A stretch of DNA of 64,000 nucleotides from an uncultured Chloroflexia bacterium (GCA_963746255.1 CAVVAJ010000007.1:543616-607615); one strand, 5' to 3'; numbered from the stretch's first letter, positions 40,020-50,953 are shown. Numbers and translations are program-made. The notes: generated by a model not told the origin, from the letters alone.

Positions 40020-40206
40020 TATCTCGTTTTTTGTTGCGCTGATCAAGTAATGAGGTGATGAGTTGCTTATTCATAAATTGTACACCACCATATCCGGCCT
40101 ATAGTAAAAACACAGCCATATCTCGTGCGGTGTATATAGCATACAGTAAATATGTCGATTTGTGTTCACCGCCCCCCTTTTGTAGTTACGCGAGTAGGTC
40201 AAATTT

Positions 40207-41931
40207 TCACTCGATAACTAGGCTGGCTTCGGCGAGGACAACTGGATCATGGGGGATGGATTGGTAGTAACTGCCGAATCGTTTTGCTTCTAAAGATTCC
40301 AGCTGAGCGATATTTTCTGCCCACCTGTAACCGATCGCTTGGTAAAGCAGCTGCACATCTACTCGGAACGGTAGCTCATAACCTGTTACATCGATCTCAT
40401 ACCTGATTTTGTCGCCATTCGCTTGGAAGTTTTCATCATCGCTGGCGAAACCATAGACTGCGATATCGTCCGGGGCAGTTCTTTTATCATACCCAGACGG
40501 TAGCAATCGGTTATCTTTTTGGTACCCGGCACTGCGCAGCAGCTCTGTCGTCACTTCACCTGTTGCATCGTGGAGAATCGTCTCATAGATTTGTACTTGA
40601 TCAGGGGAGTTGATAATTTCATAATGGGGTTCGTATTTCTTAGCTTCGAGATCATTGTCATTCCCAGCGATGGATCCATCCAAGTTGACAGCTCCCGATG
40701 AAAAGACCAGCTGGTTATTTGCGTCATACACATCTAATTTCACCCAGACGCGACGCGATGGGTAGCCTGTTGGCAGTTTGTGCCCAACTAGACTCTCTAA
40801 GCTCACATCCGCAGATAGGCTGCCCGCATTGAGAACTGCTTCATCGATCTGTATTGTCGCTGTGTTGTTCTGAAGCTGTTCCTTCGCGCGTGCGATTGCC
40901 TGGTCGATATGTTGGCTGGAGGCTGTCACCCCAATCTCTTCTCCAAAGTATCGAAGGATCAGCAGGCCTTCCGTATTGCCGCCGACTAATTCATGCTGTG
41001 AGAATTGATTGCGTGGTGGTCCGCCTGTGATCGATAACTGGATGTCACCATCAACCACGGGCATATGGCAATCTTGACAGGATTTGGTATCAACAAAGGA
41101 ACTGTTTAGCCATTCGATATTTGTCATTTGTTCCGGAAACTCTCCCAGGATTTCACTGTTTTCATCGATTGTCGGCGTGTAAAGGACATGGCAGGTGCCG
41201 CACAACTCTGATTTTTGGATGTGCAGACTCTGGGCGGGTATGAACCCTGAAGCGGATTGCATCTGATCAGCCTGACCTTTTGATACCTGGTATGGACCGT
41301 AGTTCAATCGCTCACCCGTAGGTATGTCTGGGTTGATTACATACCCGCCGCTGAAACTCTCCACATCACCCAGGTTTTCGTTTTCAATTTGGTGGCACAG
41401 CGTGCAGGACACCCCATCGTCAGCTAATCCGTGGAGGGTGTGTTCCAGGTTGAGATAACCATCATCTAGGAGCTTCCCGTTTTTTCCATGGACAGCATCG
41501 GTAAACGTGGCCATCGGGGTGTGGCAGGTTGAACATTTGTCTTCTATAATCTCTTGATAGGCGGGGTTTTGTTCCACTTCATTCCGCACCGCAGCTTTCC
41601 AATAGGGGTCTCTGCTTGCATTCGCCATCATCGTTGCCCGCCAAGACGAATCTATCGATACATCCTTCCCGCTTTGGTCGGTGGTTTTACTATGGCAGGT
41701 CGCACACAAACCGGATCCAACAAAGTATTCACCTCGATTGATTGGCAGCGGTAGTTCTGGAAATGCGGTTGGTTCCTGCTGGACGTCATCACCGCCAATG
41801 GTTTCTGTCGGATGTACAGTATTCGGTACGCGTGTGGGTGGTTCTAATGCTTTTGTTGGCGTCTCTGGTTGGCTTGAGCAGGCAGTGATAAGAATTACAA
41901 GTAGGCAGAATATAGCAGCAATTTTCTGCAT
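40207..41931 (-). CDS. Multiheme (5 x CxxCH) cytochrome c lipoprotein
   Basis: Lipobox LITAC; CATCH, CSTCH, CTLCH, CGTCH, CQDCH; C-terminal GHKLPTGYPSRR domain. Confidence 0.9.
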   Translation of the reverse strand: MQKIAAIFCLLVILITACSSQPETPTKALEPPTRVPNTVHPTETIGGDDVQQEPTAFPELPLPINRGEYFVGSGLCATCHSKTTDQSGKDVSIDSSWRATMMANASRDPYWKAAVRNEVEQNPAYQEIIEDKCSTCHTPMATFTDAVHGKNGKLLDDGYLNLEHTLHGLADDGVSCTLCHQIENENLGDVESFSGGYVINPDIPTGERLNYGPYQVSKGQADQMQSASGFIPAQSLHIQKSELCGTCHVLYTPTIDENSEILGEFPEQMTNIEWLNSSFVDTKSCQDCHMPVVDGDIQLSITGGPPRNQFSQHELVGGNTEGLLILRYFGEEIGVTASSQHIDQAIARAKEQLQNNTATIQIDEAVLNAGSLSADVSLESLVGHKLPTGYPSRRVWVKLDVYDANNQLVFSSGAVNLDGSIAGNDNDLEAKKYEPHYEIINSPDQVQIYETILHDATGEVTTELLRSAGYQKDNRLLPSGYDKRTAPDDIAVYGFASDDENFQANGDKIRYEIDVTGYELPFRVDVQLLYQAIGYRWAENIAQLESLEAKRFGSYYQSIPHDPVVLAEASLVIE

Positions 41932-42077
41932 GATTTCCTCCCAACAAAGGTGTTATGTCTTCCAGAATGTCATTTATTTAGCGTACCAGAAAAGTTTATA
42001 AACTCCCAGTGTCAGATGTCACTCCCAGCAAAGAATCATCTAGTTTGAACAAATGGGTAAGATTATGCATGCGTCTA

Positions 42078-43538
42078 TTATGTTAGCGGGAATATTGCTG
42101 CAATGACCCAGCTTAAGAAGAGTGCACCGCTTAGGGCAAATGACCATTTTTGGCGGTAGGGGAGAGATGCCAATGAGTGCAGCCCGATGATGGCTGGTAC
42201 TAGCGGCAGCAGGAGCAGCAAGATGGAAAACTCAGGCAATATGCGCAGCAATAAGAGCAATCCCCCCACCAACAGGATACAGTGCAGCAGCCACCATATA
42301 CCCCACCGGAACTTAGTCGCTGGCAGCGCACTTTCGCCGATTGCCAGAAACCAGGGCATAATCAAGACGACACCAACTATCCATATTATCAGCCGTTGGG
42401 GAATCAGCACCCACTGCAGCCAAACCAGCTGCCCCAACAACCCCACACTCAACCATAAAGCACCGAAAATTACGCCGCTTGCTGCGATTTCCTGCCAGCT
42501 AGGGTGCTCTAACTTGAAACGTAGTAAGGGAAGCGATATCAGTCCGGCTATCCCGAGCCACACCATAATTGCTCCCCCGACCGATATGCCGAAGAGCTCC
42601 GTCAAATTGATATTCACCAAATCGACAATCCAAAAGATCAGGGTTGCTCCGGCGGCTCCCGCTAGAAGGGCGGCGATACGTCTGGGAAATGGCAGTTTAG
42701 TTGCGGCAGTACTCGGAATCCGTGTGCTGAATGGTGCGAATGCTATCAATGCGATTATCGCTCCACAGACTGCAACTAGATACCATCCGATTCGATAATC
42801 TGTGTAGCTGCGCGCGCCAAGCTGTTCGCCGAAAATACCATCCAACCAACTGCGTGCAGCTTGGTGCGCTGCGGGCGCGAAGAGTATCGAAATATGCTCG
42901 ACTAGGGGGATCACGACTAGTATGCGTCCTCTTCCTCGTGCTGTCGCCGTGTTCTCCCCTCCTGCTTGGAGCAGCAGCTCTTGGGCGGTTTGCAAAAACC
43001 GCGGCTCATTCGCCCCCGCCATTATTAGCATGTTCTGTGGCAGTTCGCTAGTCACTTGACGATTTACTGGCGATACCGCGATTGTCGCGATTGTTCCGGG
43101 GTGTTCATTGCCGAAATCCAATGCGACGCCGCTGCCCATCGAATGCCCTAGGATAGCTGTACGTCCCACTGGGATGCTGCGCTGGGCGGCGAGAGCGTTT
43201 AAGGCTGCTTCAGCATCAGTTAGCAGCTCTCCCGAGCGAAGCGGATTTGGGTTGCCACCATGCCCGGCAAAGTCCCACAGCACGGTATCATATCCTGCGT
43301 GTGCCAGGGTAAAAGCAAACGCGCGCATGATCACCCCCGAACCGGCGAATCCGTGACCAATTAATACCACCGGTCGGCTGTCAATATCAGGAATTTCTGG
43401 ATAGATCCGGGTGACAGGTGTGTTCTCGGATGGTAGTTCGGTGATGTTCAAACCCTCAGAAGCCTGATCTATCCGCCATACCGCGAGTATGAAGAGCAGG
43501 ATCCCTAACACACCCCAAACCCAGTGTGTGCGCTTCAT
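42078..43538 (-). CDS. Membrane-bound alpha/beta hydrolase
   Basis: N-terminal TM, oxyanion HGFAG, DFAGHG, nucleophile GHSMG, C-terminal multi-TM region. Confidence 0.85.
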   Translation of the reverse strand: MKRTHWVWGVLGILLFILAVWRIDQASEGLNITELPSENTPVTRIYPEIPDIDSRPVVLIGHGFAGSGVIMRAFAFTLAHAGYDTVLWDFAGHGGNPNPLRSGELLTDAEAALNALAAQRSIPVGRTAILGHSMGSGVALDFGNEHPGTIATIAVSPVNRQVTSELPQNMLIMAGANEPRFLQTAQELLLQAGGENTATARGRGRILVVIPLVEHISILFAPAAHQAARSWLDGIFGEQLGARSYTDYRIGWYLVAVCGAIIALIAFAPFSTRIPSTAATKLPFPRRIAALLAGAAGATLIFWIVDLVNINLTELFGISVGGAIMVWLGIAGLISLPLLRFKLEHPSWQEIAASGVIFGALWLSVGLLGQLVWLQWVLIPQRLIIWIVGVVLIMPWFLAIGESALPATKFRWGIWWLLHCILLVGGLLLLLRILPEFSILLLLLPLVPAIIGLHSLASLPYRQKWSFALSGALFLSWVIAAIFPLT

Positions 43539-43665
43539 CTATTACCTCCCGATGAGTATCTATCCACAGCGATTAATTCGCAGTCAAGCATCATAGAGCT
43601 AGTATAAACCAGATACTATCAGCTGTGACCTCGCTCCGGTTGAGCCTGAAAATTGTGAGCCTGTT

Positions 43666-43694
43666 TTCACCCTTCCAATCATGCGTGCTATAAT
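43666..43694 (+). promoter_or_regulatory. Extended -10 promoter of the ZIP transporter
   Basis: TTCACC, 17 bp, TATAAT with TG at -15/-14. Confidence 0.55.
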
Positions 43695-43731
43695 CAGCGC
43701 TATTCTATTAGCAAAACATTCTACATAGGAG

Positions 43732-44553
43732 GTGAATGAATTGGTAGAATGGTTCCTTAATCTCTCTCCTGTTTACCAAGCTCTCCTCGCAACCGGTTTT
43801 ACATGGTTCGTTACCGCCCTGGGAGCTGCCGCTGTATTCTTCTTCAAATCGATTAATCGCAAAGCTTTAGATGGTATGTTGGGCTTCGCGGCTGGAGTGA
43901 TGATCGCGGCGAGCTTCTGGTCGCTGTTGGCACCTGCGATTGCGATGTCCGATGGATTGGGAAATTATAAATGGCTGCCTGCGTTGGTTGGATTTCTCCT
44001 AGGAGGAGCATTTCTGCTCTCTGTTGACAAGATCTTGCCGCACTTACACATCGGTTTTCCAGACGAAGAAGCTGAAGGTGTGAAATCGAGTTTGCACCGT
44101 AGTATCCTGCTTGTCCTGGCGATCACGTTGCACAATTTTCCTGAGGGATTGGCAGTTGGTGTTGCTTTTGGTGCGGCTGCTTCGGGTGACTCGATCGAGT
44201 TAATCGGCGCTGCGATCGCTTTAGCAATCGGTATCGGCTTACAGAATTTTCCTGAGGGGATGGCTGTTTCTGTACCGCTGCGGCGTGAAGGGTTGTCTCG
44301 AATGCGTTCATTTCTCTATGGGCAGGCTTCGGGACTGGTTGAACCCATTGCAGGTGTTATTGGCGCAGTTGCAGTCATCTATATGCGCGTGATCCTGCCT
44401 TATGCATTAGCGTTTGCCGCAGGAGCCATGATCTTTGTTTGCGTGGAAGAGCTGATCCCCGAATCGCAGTTGGAAAAGAATACCGACATTGCCACCATCG
44501 GGGCTATGCTGGGATTTGCGGTAATGATGACTCTGGATGTGGCTTTAGGTTGA
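43732..44553 (+). CDS. ZIP family (GufA/ZupT-like) divalent metal transporter
   Basis: [50 protein letters not shown]; AGGAG + GTG. Confidence 0.93.
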   Translation: MNELVEWFLNLSPVYQALLATGFTWFVTALGAAAVFFFKSINRKALDGMLGFAAGVMIAASFWSLLAPAIAMSDGLGNYKWLPALVGFLLGGAFLLSVDKILPHLHIGFPDEEAEGVKSSLHRSILLVLAITLHNFPEGLAVGVAFGAAASGDSIELIGAAIALAIGIGLQNFPEGMAVSVPLRREGLSRMRSFLYGQASGLVEPIAGVIGAVAVIYMRVILPYALAFAAGAMIFVCVEELIPESQLEKNTDIATIGAMLGFAVMMTLDVALG

Positions 44554-45366
44554 TTGTGGGGGATCTAGGCGATCAAGCATGCTGTAAAGCAGTACACTAG
44601 CTGCTACCGCGAAATTGAGCGAAGAACCGTGACCATGCATAGGGAGGTTGATTACTTGCTTGCATAAAGCTGTTTGCTCGGGTGTCAGCCCATTTCGTTC
44701 ACTGCCCAGCAATAATATTAATGGCTTATGATAGCTTTCCACTTGGCTGGCGGGTGTAGCCCCATGGGCTGATGAGCCATATAGGTTGTAATCATTCGCA
44801 TTCACCCAATATATAAATTCAGCAAAGCTTGCCATGACTACTGGATACCAATATATTGCACCCATACTGGCGCGCACGGCACTGGGATGGAAGGGGTCAG
44901 TGCTTTCTCCGAGCAGGATCAACCCGCTTGCACTCACCGCGTCGATTGTCCTCAGCAGCGTGCCGACATTACCCGGGTCTTGTGGGGCAACTGCGGCTAC
45001 TCCCCACGCGAAATTAGATACCGTCAGTTGACTGATGCTCATCTTCGGCTGGTGCACAACCGCAATGATCCCCTGTGGATTCTCCTTGGCGGCTAGTGTC
45101 TGAAAGACATCGCTCGCCGTTGGGAAACAGGGCACCCCTTTGCCCTCCTGTGAGTGGATGAGCTGGGTTGCGAAATCGCTGTGCAGAAAATCCGGGGCGT
45201 AGAATATCCCCTCAATTTTTATTCCAACTTGGCTGGCTTCCACCGCAGCTCCTACCAGGTGAATCCCTTCAACCAGGAACATCCCGGATGAATCCCGCCC
45301 TTTGTGGGTTCTAAGTGATCTAGCAAGTTTTATTTTCTGGTTTTGACGGCTGGTTATCAAACTCAT
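44545..45366 (-). CDS. TrmH/SpoU family RNA 2'-O-methyltransferase
   Basis: [56 protein letters not shown]. Confidence 0.92.
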   Translation of the reverse strand: MSLITSRQNQKIKLARSLRTHKGRDSSGMFLVEGIHLVGAAVEASQVGIKIEGIFYAPDFLHSDFATQLIHSQEGKGVPCFPTASDVFQTLAAKENPQGIIAVVHQPKMSISQLTVSNFAWGVAAVAPQDPGNVGTLLRTIDAVSASGLILLGESTDPFHPSAVRASMGAIYWYPVVMASFAEFIYWVNANDYNLYGSSAHGATPASQVESYHKPLILLLGSERNGLTPEQTALCKQVINLPMHGHGSSLNFAVAASVLLYSMLDRLDPPQST

Positions 45367-47039
45367 TGTGCCCGGCGCGGTACCCAGGCTAGTACAGTCG
45401 TACCATCTTGGGGTGCTGAAGTGACATCTACATCTCCCCCAACTTTTCGGGCGCGGATATGCATATTCGAGAGACCATGCCCGAGCGTGATACTTGTTTT
45501 GTTAATATCGAATCCTTGCCCGTTATCGGACACCTCAAGCAGGACGCGGTCGCTAGTCTTCCACAGGGAAATGCGAGTCCTTCTTGCTTGGGAATGTTTT
45601 GCGGCATTTGCTAACGCTTCCTGGCAGATGTGGAACAGTGCGGTTGCATGCGAAGTGGGTAGGTAGGAGAGGTTATCCTCCGGTGCATTCAGATTTGCCT
45701 CAGATAGCGTGTTAGCGCGAAATTCATCGATCAGCTGACGAAGGCCATCCTTTAAGCTATCACCGGTAAATTGGTACGGCCGTAGGTCGAGAATATAGGA
45801 CCGGATGTCCAAGATTGTTTTATTCAAGCCTTCGATAGCTTGTTCAATTCTCTGTTGGGACTTGATGGGATCTTCATTAACGGTTACGCGGGCATAATCC
45901 AACGCCAAACCGACTGCATATATTGATTGGATAATCCCATCGTGCAGGTCCATCCCGATCCGCTCACGTTCTTCAAGGATCGCACCACGGCGTGCTTGCC
46001 AGTGCAGGTTTGCATTCTCAATGGTGATACCAGTCCAGGTGCCAATTGAAGTCAGGATATCGATTTCTCGTTGTGTGAACCTGTGTTCATTCCGCGATGC
46101 AACACTCATGACACCGATTACTTCCCCACGGGCAGTTAAGGGAATACATGCAATACTTCGAATACCTGCTTCAACGACTGCAGGACGCAGAAACTGCATA
46201 TCTTGCTTGAGGTCTACGCATACTTGCGGCTGGCCGGATTCTGCGACTCTTCCGATATAGCCTTCCCCAATCTTAAAACGATTCTTTGTTAGGAATGCCT
46301 CAGCGTATTCCCCTCGATGGATTGCCATGCGGAAGTTGTGATCGTTATCTTCACGGAGAAAGATCTCACCAGCTTCGACATTGAGATAGCTCATGACCCG
46401 CTGTAACGTTATGTCAAGTACTTGTTCGGCATCAAGGGTTGCTGTCAAGGAAGCCGCGATATCATTGATCAGCGTCAAGTCTTCGTTATGCCGGCTGAGG
46501 GTTTGGTCCCTCGCGATGAGATCTTCATACAAGCGTGCGTTGTTTATAGCAATGGCAGCATACGCAGCCAAAGTCTCAATGACGCGTTCATCCGCCTCAG
46601 TAAACTCTTGGTTGTCTTGTTTGTTCGTCAGGTATATTTGACCTAATAATCGCTCGCCGTGCAGGATGGGAACCCCCAGGAAGCTGCTCATATTCGGATG
46701 TCCTTGCGGGAAACCCTCGCTGTGAGAGTCTAGATGCAGGTTGGACACCCGGATCGTCCGGCGTTCTTTCTGCAGTGCGCCGATCATCCCTCTACCTACG
46801 GGCGGGGCGCCGGTTTCATCGATTTCTTCCTGGCTCATCCCAACTGGGATAAATTTAACCAAATCTCCTTGCTCATCGACGACACCCAAAGCAGCATAAT
46901 TTGCCGTGACCTGTTCACGAGCTAACGTCACGATGCGTTCCAAGACATTTTCTAGCGACAAATCTCCTACAAGCTCAAGGCTTGCTTGGTGGAGCGCAGC
47001 GAGTCGTTCTTCGAGTTGTTCACGAGTTAATAGGATCAT
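45363..47039 (-). CDS. GAF-GAF-HisKA_3 sensor histidine kinase (DosS/DevS-like)
   Basis: GFPQGHPNMSSFLGVPI heme-GAF motif, EERERIGMDLHDGIIQ, QEALANAAKH, DNGQGF, GHGLSNM. Confidence 0.9.
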   Translation of the reverse strand: MILLTREQLEERLAALHQASLELVGDLSLENVLERIVTLAREQVTANYAALGVVDEQGDLVKFIPVGMSQEEIDETGAPPVGRGMIGALQKERRTIRVSNLHLDSHSEGFPQGHPNMSSFLGVPILHGERLLGQIYLTNKQDNQEFTEADERVIETLAAYAAIAINNARLYEDLIARDQTLSRHNEDLTLINDIAASLTATLDAEQVLDITLQRVMSYLNVEAGEIFLREDNDHNFRMAIHRGEYAEAFLTKNRFKIGEGYIGRVAESGQPQVCVDLKQDMQFLRPAVVEAGIRSIACIPLTARGEVIGVMSVASRNEHRFTQREIDILTSIGTWTGITIENANLHWQARRGAILEERERIGMDLHDGIIQSIYAVGLALDYARVTVNEDPIKSQQRIEQAIEGLNKTILDIRSYILDLRPYQFTGDSLKDGLRQLIDEFRANTLSEANLNAPEDNLSYLPTSHATALFHICQEALANAAKHSQARRTRISLWKTSDRVLLEVSDNGQGFDINKTSITLGHGLSNMHIRARKVGGDVDVTSAPQDGTTVLAWVPRRAQ

Positions 47040-47312
47040 GGGTTTTCTACCACCCTGATATTTTACCGCATTTTAGATAGTTTTGGTCTCTAAAGGCCGA
47101 AACCACCGTGCGGTGCGAAGAGCGGGGAAGATCACTCGTTGTTATTTACGTGTAGCCGTATTTTTTCCAATATTAGTTAGGCTGATAGTTTTTGGAAGCC
47201 GGCTACGGGTATATAATACTAGGCTTGCCGTCAGCAAAACGATTTTTATCGAGTCTATGCAAGAGTGAGAATTTCCACTTTATGTCGCTCGTTATAAAGT
47301 ACTAGTAGAAAT

Positions 47313-48623
47313 ATGACCAATACTCAACCAAGTTCTCGGATCGCAGGGTTTTACAATCTTGACATTAATGAACGTTTAGATGCTCTCTCAGCGCGGCTGA
47401 CCGAGACGGAATTAGCTCTCTTACGCAATGGCACTGGCTTGACTCCTGCTGATGCGGAACATATGGTTGAAAATGTAATCAGTGTTCATCCATTACCGCT
47501 CGGCTTGGCATTGAATTTCATCGTCAACGGCCGTGAGGTACTTGTTCCGATGGCTGTCGAAGAGCCTTCTGTTGTGGCGGGCGCATCTTTTATGGCCAAG
47601 TTAGCCCGTCTGGGAGGTGGGTTCGTAGCTGAGGCCGACCCTCCGCTGATGATTGGGCAGATGCAGATTTTAGATGTCGTCGATCGCGAGGCTGCCCGCC
47701 GATCTTTGGTAAAACACCGTGAAGAATTATTAGCAGAAGTGGAAAACCTTGACCCACTGTTAAAGCAGCTGGGTGGGGGTCCCCGCGATATAGAGATCAG
47801 GACAATTGACGAATCGCCAATTGGGCCATTTCTCGTGCTGCACTTACTTTATGATGTACGGGATGCGATGGGTGCCAACGCAGTCAACACTGCCGTTGAA
47901 TACCTGGCACCAAAAGTAGAGTCACTAACTGGTGGGCGGGTGCATTTACGCATCTTGTCTAACTTGGCGGATCACCGGTTAGCACGCGCCACCTGCAGCA
48001 TTCCCATCCCCACGCTTGAGTTCGGGCAGTTCTCGGGTGATGATGTCGCTGATGGGATCATTGCTGCTTGGGCTTTCGCTCAGTCTGATCCGTACCGAGC
48101 GGCCACACATAATAAAGGCATCATGAATGGTATTGACGCGGTCGTTTTGGCTACCGGAAATGATTGGCGCGCGGTTGAAGCCGGAGCGCACGCTTATGCT
48201 GCTAGGACTGGTCGTTATACATCCTTGAGCACTTGGCAAATCGATGCCCGGCATCATCTTGTGGGTAAACTTGAAATGCCGATGGCGGTAGGGATTGTTG
48301 GTGGAGCAACTAGAGTGCATCCGATTGCGCGTATTGCCTTGAAACTCATGGGCGTTAGCACTGCTGCCCAATTAGCCGAGATACTTGTTTCTGTTGGTTT
48401 GGCACAGAATCTCGCCGCTTTGCGCGCACTGGCTACCGAGGGTATCCAGCGCGGCCATATGAGTCTACATGCCCGACAGGTAGCGATCGCCGCAGGCGCC
48501 CAAGGTGAGCAGATCGAAAAGGTCGCTCTACGGCTGGTCGAGACCGGCACGGTTAGAATAGACCAAGCACAAGCGATATTAGCTGGATTAATCATTGACA
48601 ACAAACCCACGGATGCGCATTGA
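47313..48623 (+). CDS. mvaA: Hydroxymethylglutaryl-CoA reductase, class II
   Basis: ENVI, PMAVEEPSVVA, DAMGANAVN, RILSNL, RAATHNKGIMNG, GNDWRA, EGIQRGHMSLHAR. Confidence 0.93.
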   Translation: MTNTQPSSRIAGFYNLDINERLDALSARLTETELALLRNGTGLTPADAEHMVENVISVHPLPLGLALNFIVNGREVLVPMAVEEPSVVAGASFMAKLARLGGGFVAEADPPLMIGQMQILDVVDREAARRSLVKHREELLAEVENLDPLLKQLGGGPRDIEIRTIDESPIGPFLVLHLLYDVRDAMGANAVNTAVEYLAPKVESLTGGRVHLRILSNLADHRLARATCSIPIPTLEFGQFSGDDVADGIIAAWAFAQSDPYRAATHNKGIMNGIDAVVLATGNDWRAVEAGAHAYAARTGRYTSLSTWQIDARHHLVGKLEMPMAVGIVGGATRVHPIARIALKLMGVSTAAQLAEILVSVGLAQNLAALRALATEGIQRGHMSLHARQVAIAAGAQGEQIEKVALRLVETGTVRIDQAQAILAGLIIDNKPTDAH

Positions 48624-48704
48624 TGCAAAGCTCATCCCAGAAATGCACAATTTATTCATATGTGATTCTAAAGGAAAGAATATCTGACAGTATAGAAGAA
48701 GATT

Positions 48705-49781
48705 ATGGAAAAATCCCTAACAAATGAAATTCTATTAAAGCCAGATCGACCGGTTGGGATTGTTGGTTATGGTGCCTACGTTCCCCGCTACCGGCTGCCG
48801 GCCAGCGAGGTCGCTCGAATATGGACCGATGGGCAGGGAGCCTTACCTATCAAAGAGAAATCTGTTCCTGGCCTGGATGAAGATGTGGTTACGATGTCGA
48901 TCGAGGCAGCCCGCAACGCTTTGAAGCGTGCCCAGCTTTCTCCAGAGGAGATACGCGCAGTTTGGGTCGGATCGGAATCGCATCCCTATGCGGTTAAACC
49001 CACCTCGACAATAGTAGCTGAGGCGATCGGCGCCGTACCCAATGTGCAGGCTGCCGATTGGCAGTTTGCGTGTAAAGCAGGCACCGAAGCCATGGTTGCA
49101 GCGATCGGTTTCGTCGGTTCAGGAATGGCAGATTACGCTTTGGCGATCGGTATGGATACCGCCCAGGGGCGTCCCGGTGATGCATTGGAGTATACCGCCG
49201 GCGCAGGGGGCGCCGCGTACTTGCTGGGTCCCGCTGATCAATCGTTGGCTGTCATTGAGAGCACCTATTCCTATGTAACCGATACGCCTGACTTCTGGCG
49301 GCGGGCTTACCAAAAGTATCCCGAACACGGGCAGCGTTTTACCGGTGAACCGGCATATTTCAAACACATCAACACAGCCGCTCAGGCATTGCTGGATGCC
49401 ACGAATACTACCGCTCAAGATTACCGCTATGCCGTCTTCCACCAACCGAATACGAAGTTCCCACAAAGAGCCGCCGCCCAATTAGGTTTTAGTAAAGAGC
49501 AGATTGATATCGGCCTGCTCGTACCCGTCATTGGTAATACCTACGCCGGGGCAGCGATTATTGGGTTGACTGCGATACTTGATATCGCGGAGCCCGGTGA
49601 TCGTATACTGATGGTCTCATTTGGTTCGGGCGCTGGCTCTGATGTATTTGCGATTCGAGTTACCGATGCATTGCCAACAAAACGGGAATTGGCACCATAT
49701 ACCCAGGATTATATTTCCCGGCGCACTGAGATCGACTACGCAACCTATGCGCGCATGCGCGGTAAGTTGGTCACCAAATAG
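48705..49781 (+). CDS. Hydroxymethylglutaryl-CoA synthase, archaeal type
   Basis: [12 protein letters not shown], catalytic [26 protein letters not shown]. Confidence 0.93.
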   Translation: MEKSLTNEILLKPDRPVGIVGYGAYVPRYRLPASEVARIWTDGQGALPIKEKSVPGLDEDVVTMSIEAARNALKRAQLSPEEIRAVWVGSESHPYAVKPTSTIVAEAIGAVPNVQAADWQFACKAGTEAMVAAIGFVGSGMADYALAIGMDTAQGRPGDALEYTAGAGGAAYLLGPADQSLAVIESTYSYVTDTPDFWRRAYQKYPEHGQRFTGEPAYFKHINTAAQALLDATNTTAQDYRYAVFHQPNTKFPQRAAAQLGFSKEQIDIGLLVPVIGNTYAGAAIIGLTAILDIAEPGDRILMVSFGSGAGSDVFAIRVTDALPTKRELAPYTQDYISRRTEIDYATYARMRGKLVTK

Positions 49782-49795
49782 GTGGGAGATATATT

Positions 49796-50953
49796 ATGAA
49801 TGAAGTTGTCATTGCGGGAATTGGACAAACGCCGGTTGGGGAGCATTGGGACCTCTCATTGAGAGAATTGGCATTTATGGCTGTTGAACCTGCCGTCCAA
49901 GATGCCGGTGGGCTTGCGCCACAGGCATTGTTTGTAGGCAACATGTTGGCGCCGATGCTGTCGGGTCAGGCACATCTAGCGACCTTGATCGCTGACTTTT
50001 CGGGATATAAAGGTATCGAAGCTGTTTCAGTTGAGTCGGCTGGGGCGTCTGGAGCTGCTGCTCTTCGTTTGGGGTATATGGCGATTCGATCTGGCATGGT
50101 TGACGTCGCACTAGTCGTGGGAGTCGAAAAGCAGACCGACAGCATCGGGAACAAAGTGGAAGCCGCGCTGAGTGCTGGCGGGGATAGTGATTACGAAAGC
50201 ATTCACGGGATGACACCTACTGCCCAAGCAGCACTGCTCATGCAGCGCTACTTGTATGAGTATGACCTACCACGCAATGTGTTTGCTGGGTTCCCGGTGG
50301 TTGCGCACGCGAATGGCGTAGCTAATCCCAATGCGATGTTTCGGAAAGCGATCCGCCCCGAACTGTATGCCAGAGCCGGGATCGTCAGCGACCCGCTTAA
50401 TATGTTCGATGTCGCACCGTTCGCTGATGGCTCAGCGGCGCTGGTGCTGACACGCCCAGAACTGCTCCCGGTGGGATTTCCTCACCCGCTGATCCATATT
50501 GCGGGGTCCAGCATGGCAGCAGGAACGTTAGCCCTCCATGACCGGTCTGACCCTTTGGTTTTCCAAGCTGCGCAGATTTCGACACAGCGGGCTTGTCACC
50601 AGGCACAGGTTTCATCTGGTGATATCGACTTGTTTGAGCTGCATGATGCCTATTCCATTTTCGCGGCGTTGTCTTTAGAAGCTGCTGGTTTTGCCGACCG
50701 TGGCCAGGGTTGGAAACTGGCTCACGATGGCATGCTCGGTTTAGACGGGTTTCTTCCTATATCTACGATGGGCGGGCTGAAAGCGCGCGGCTACCCGGGC
50801 GGTGCAGCGGGGATCTACCAGTCCGTTGAAGCGGTACTGCAACTGCGCGGTCAGGCGGGGGCAAACCAGGTTCCAAATGCCCGCCGTGCTCTGATTCAAT
50901 CGTTAGGTGGACCAGCTTCTTCGGCGGTTACGCACATTTTTGAGGTTTGTTAA
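49796..50953 (+). CDS. Thiolase-fold protein of the archaeal/SCP2 type lacking canonical catalytic residues
   Basis: Fold motifs VGVEK, NPNAMF, DGSAA, GGLKARG; but VESAGASG, ELHDAY and GYPGG replace VEAACASG, HDCF and GHP. Confidence 0.85.
   Translation: MNEVVIAGIGQTPVGEHWDLSLRELAFMAVEPAVQDAGGLAPQALFVGNMLAPMLSGQAHLATLIADFSGYKGIEAVSVESAGASGAAALRLGYMAIRSGMVDVALVVGVEKQTDSIGNKVEAALSAGGDSDYESIHGMTPTAQAALLMQRYLYEYDLPRNVFAGFPVVAHANGVANPNAMFRKAIRPELYARAGIVSDPLNMFDVAPFADGSAALVLTRPELLPVGFPHPLIHIAGSSMAAGTLALHDRSDPLVFQAAQISTQRACHQAQVSSGDIDLFELHDAYSIFAALSLEAAGFADRGQGWKLAHDGMLGLDGFLPISTMGGLKARGYPGGAAGIYQSVEAVLQLRGQAGANQVPNARRALIQSLGGPASSAVTHIFEVC

Noticed and set aside
43641-43663. Direct repeat TGAGCCTG upstream of the ZIP transporter
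   Set aside because: Only two 8-mers, with no resemblance to Zur/Fur/MntR palindromes.
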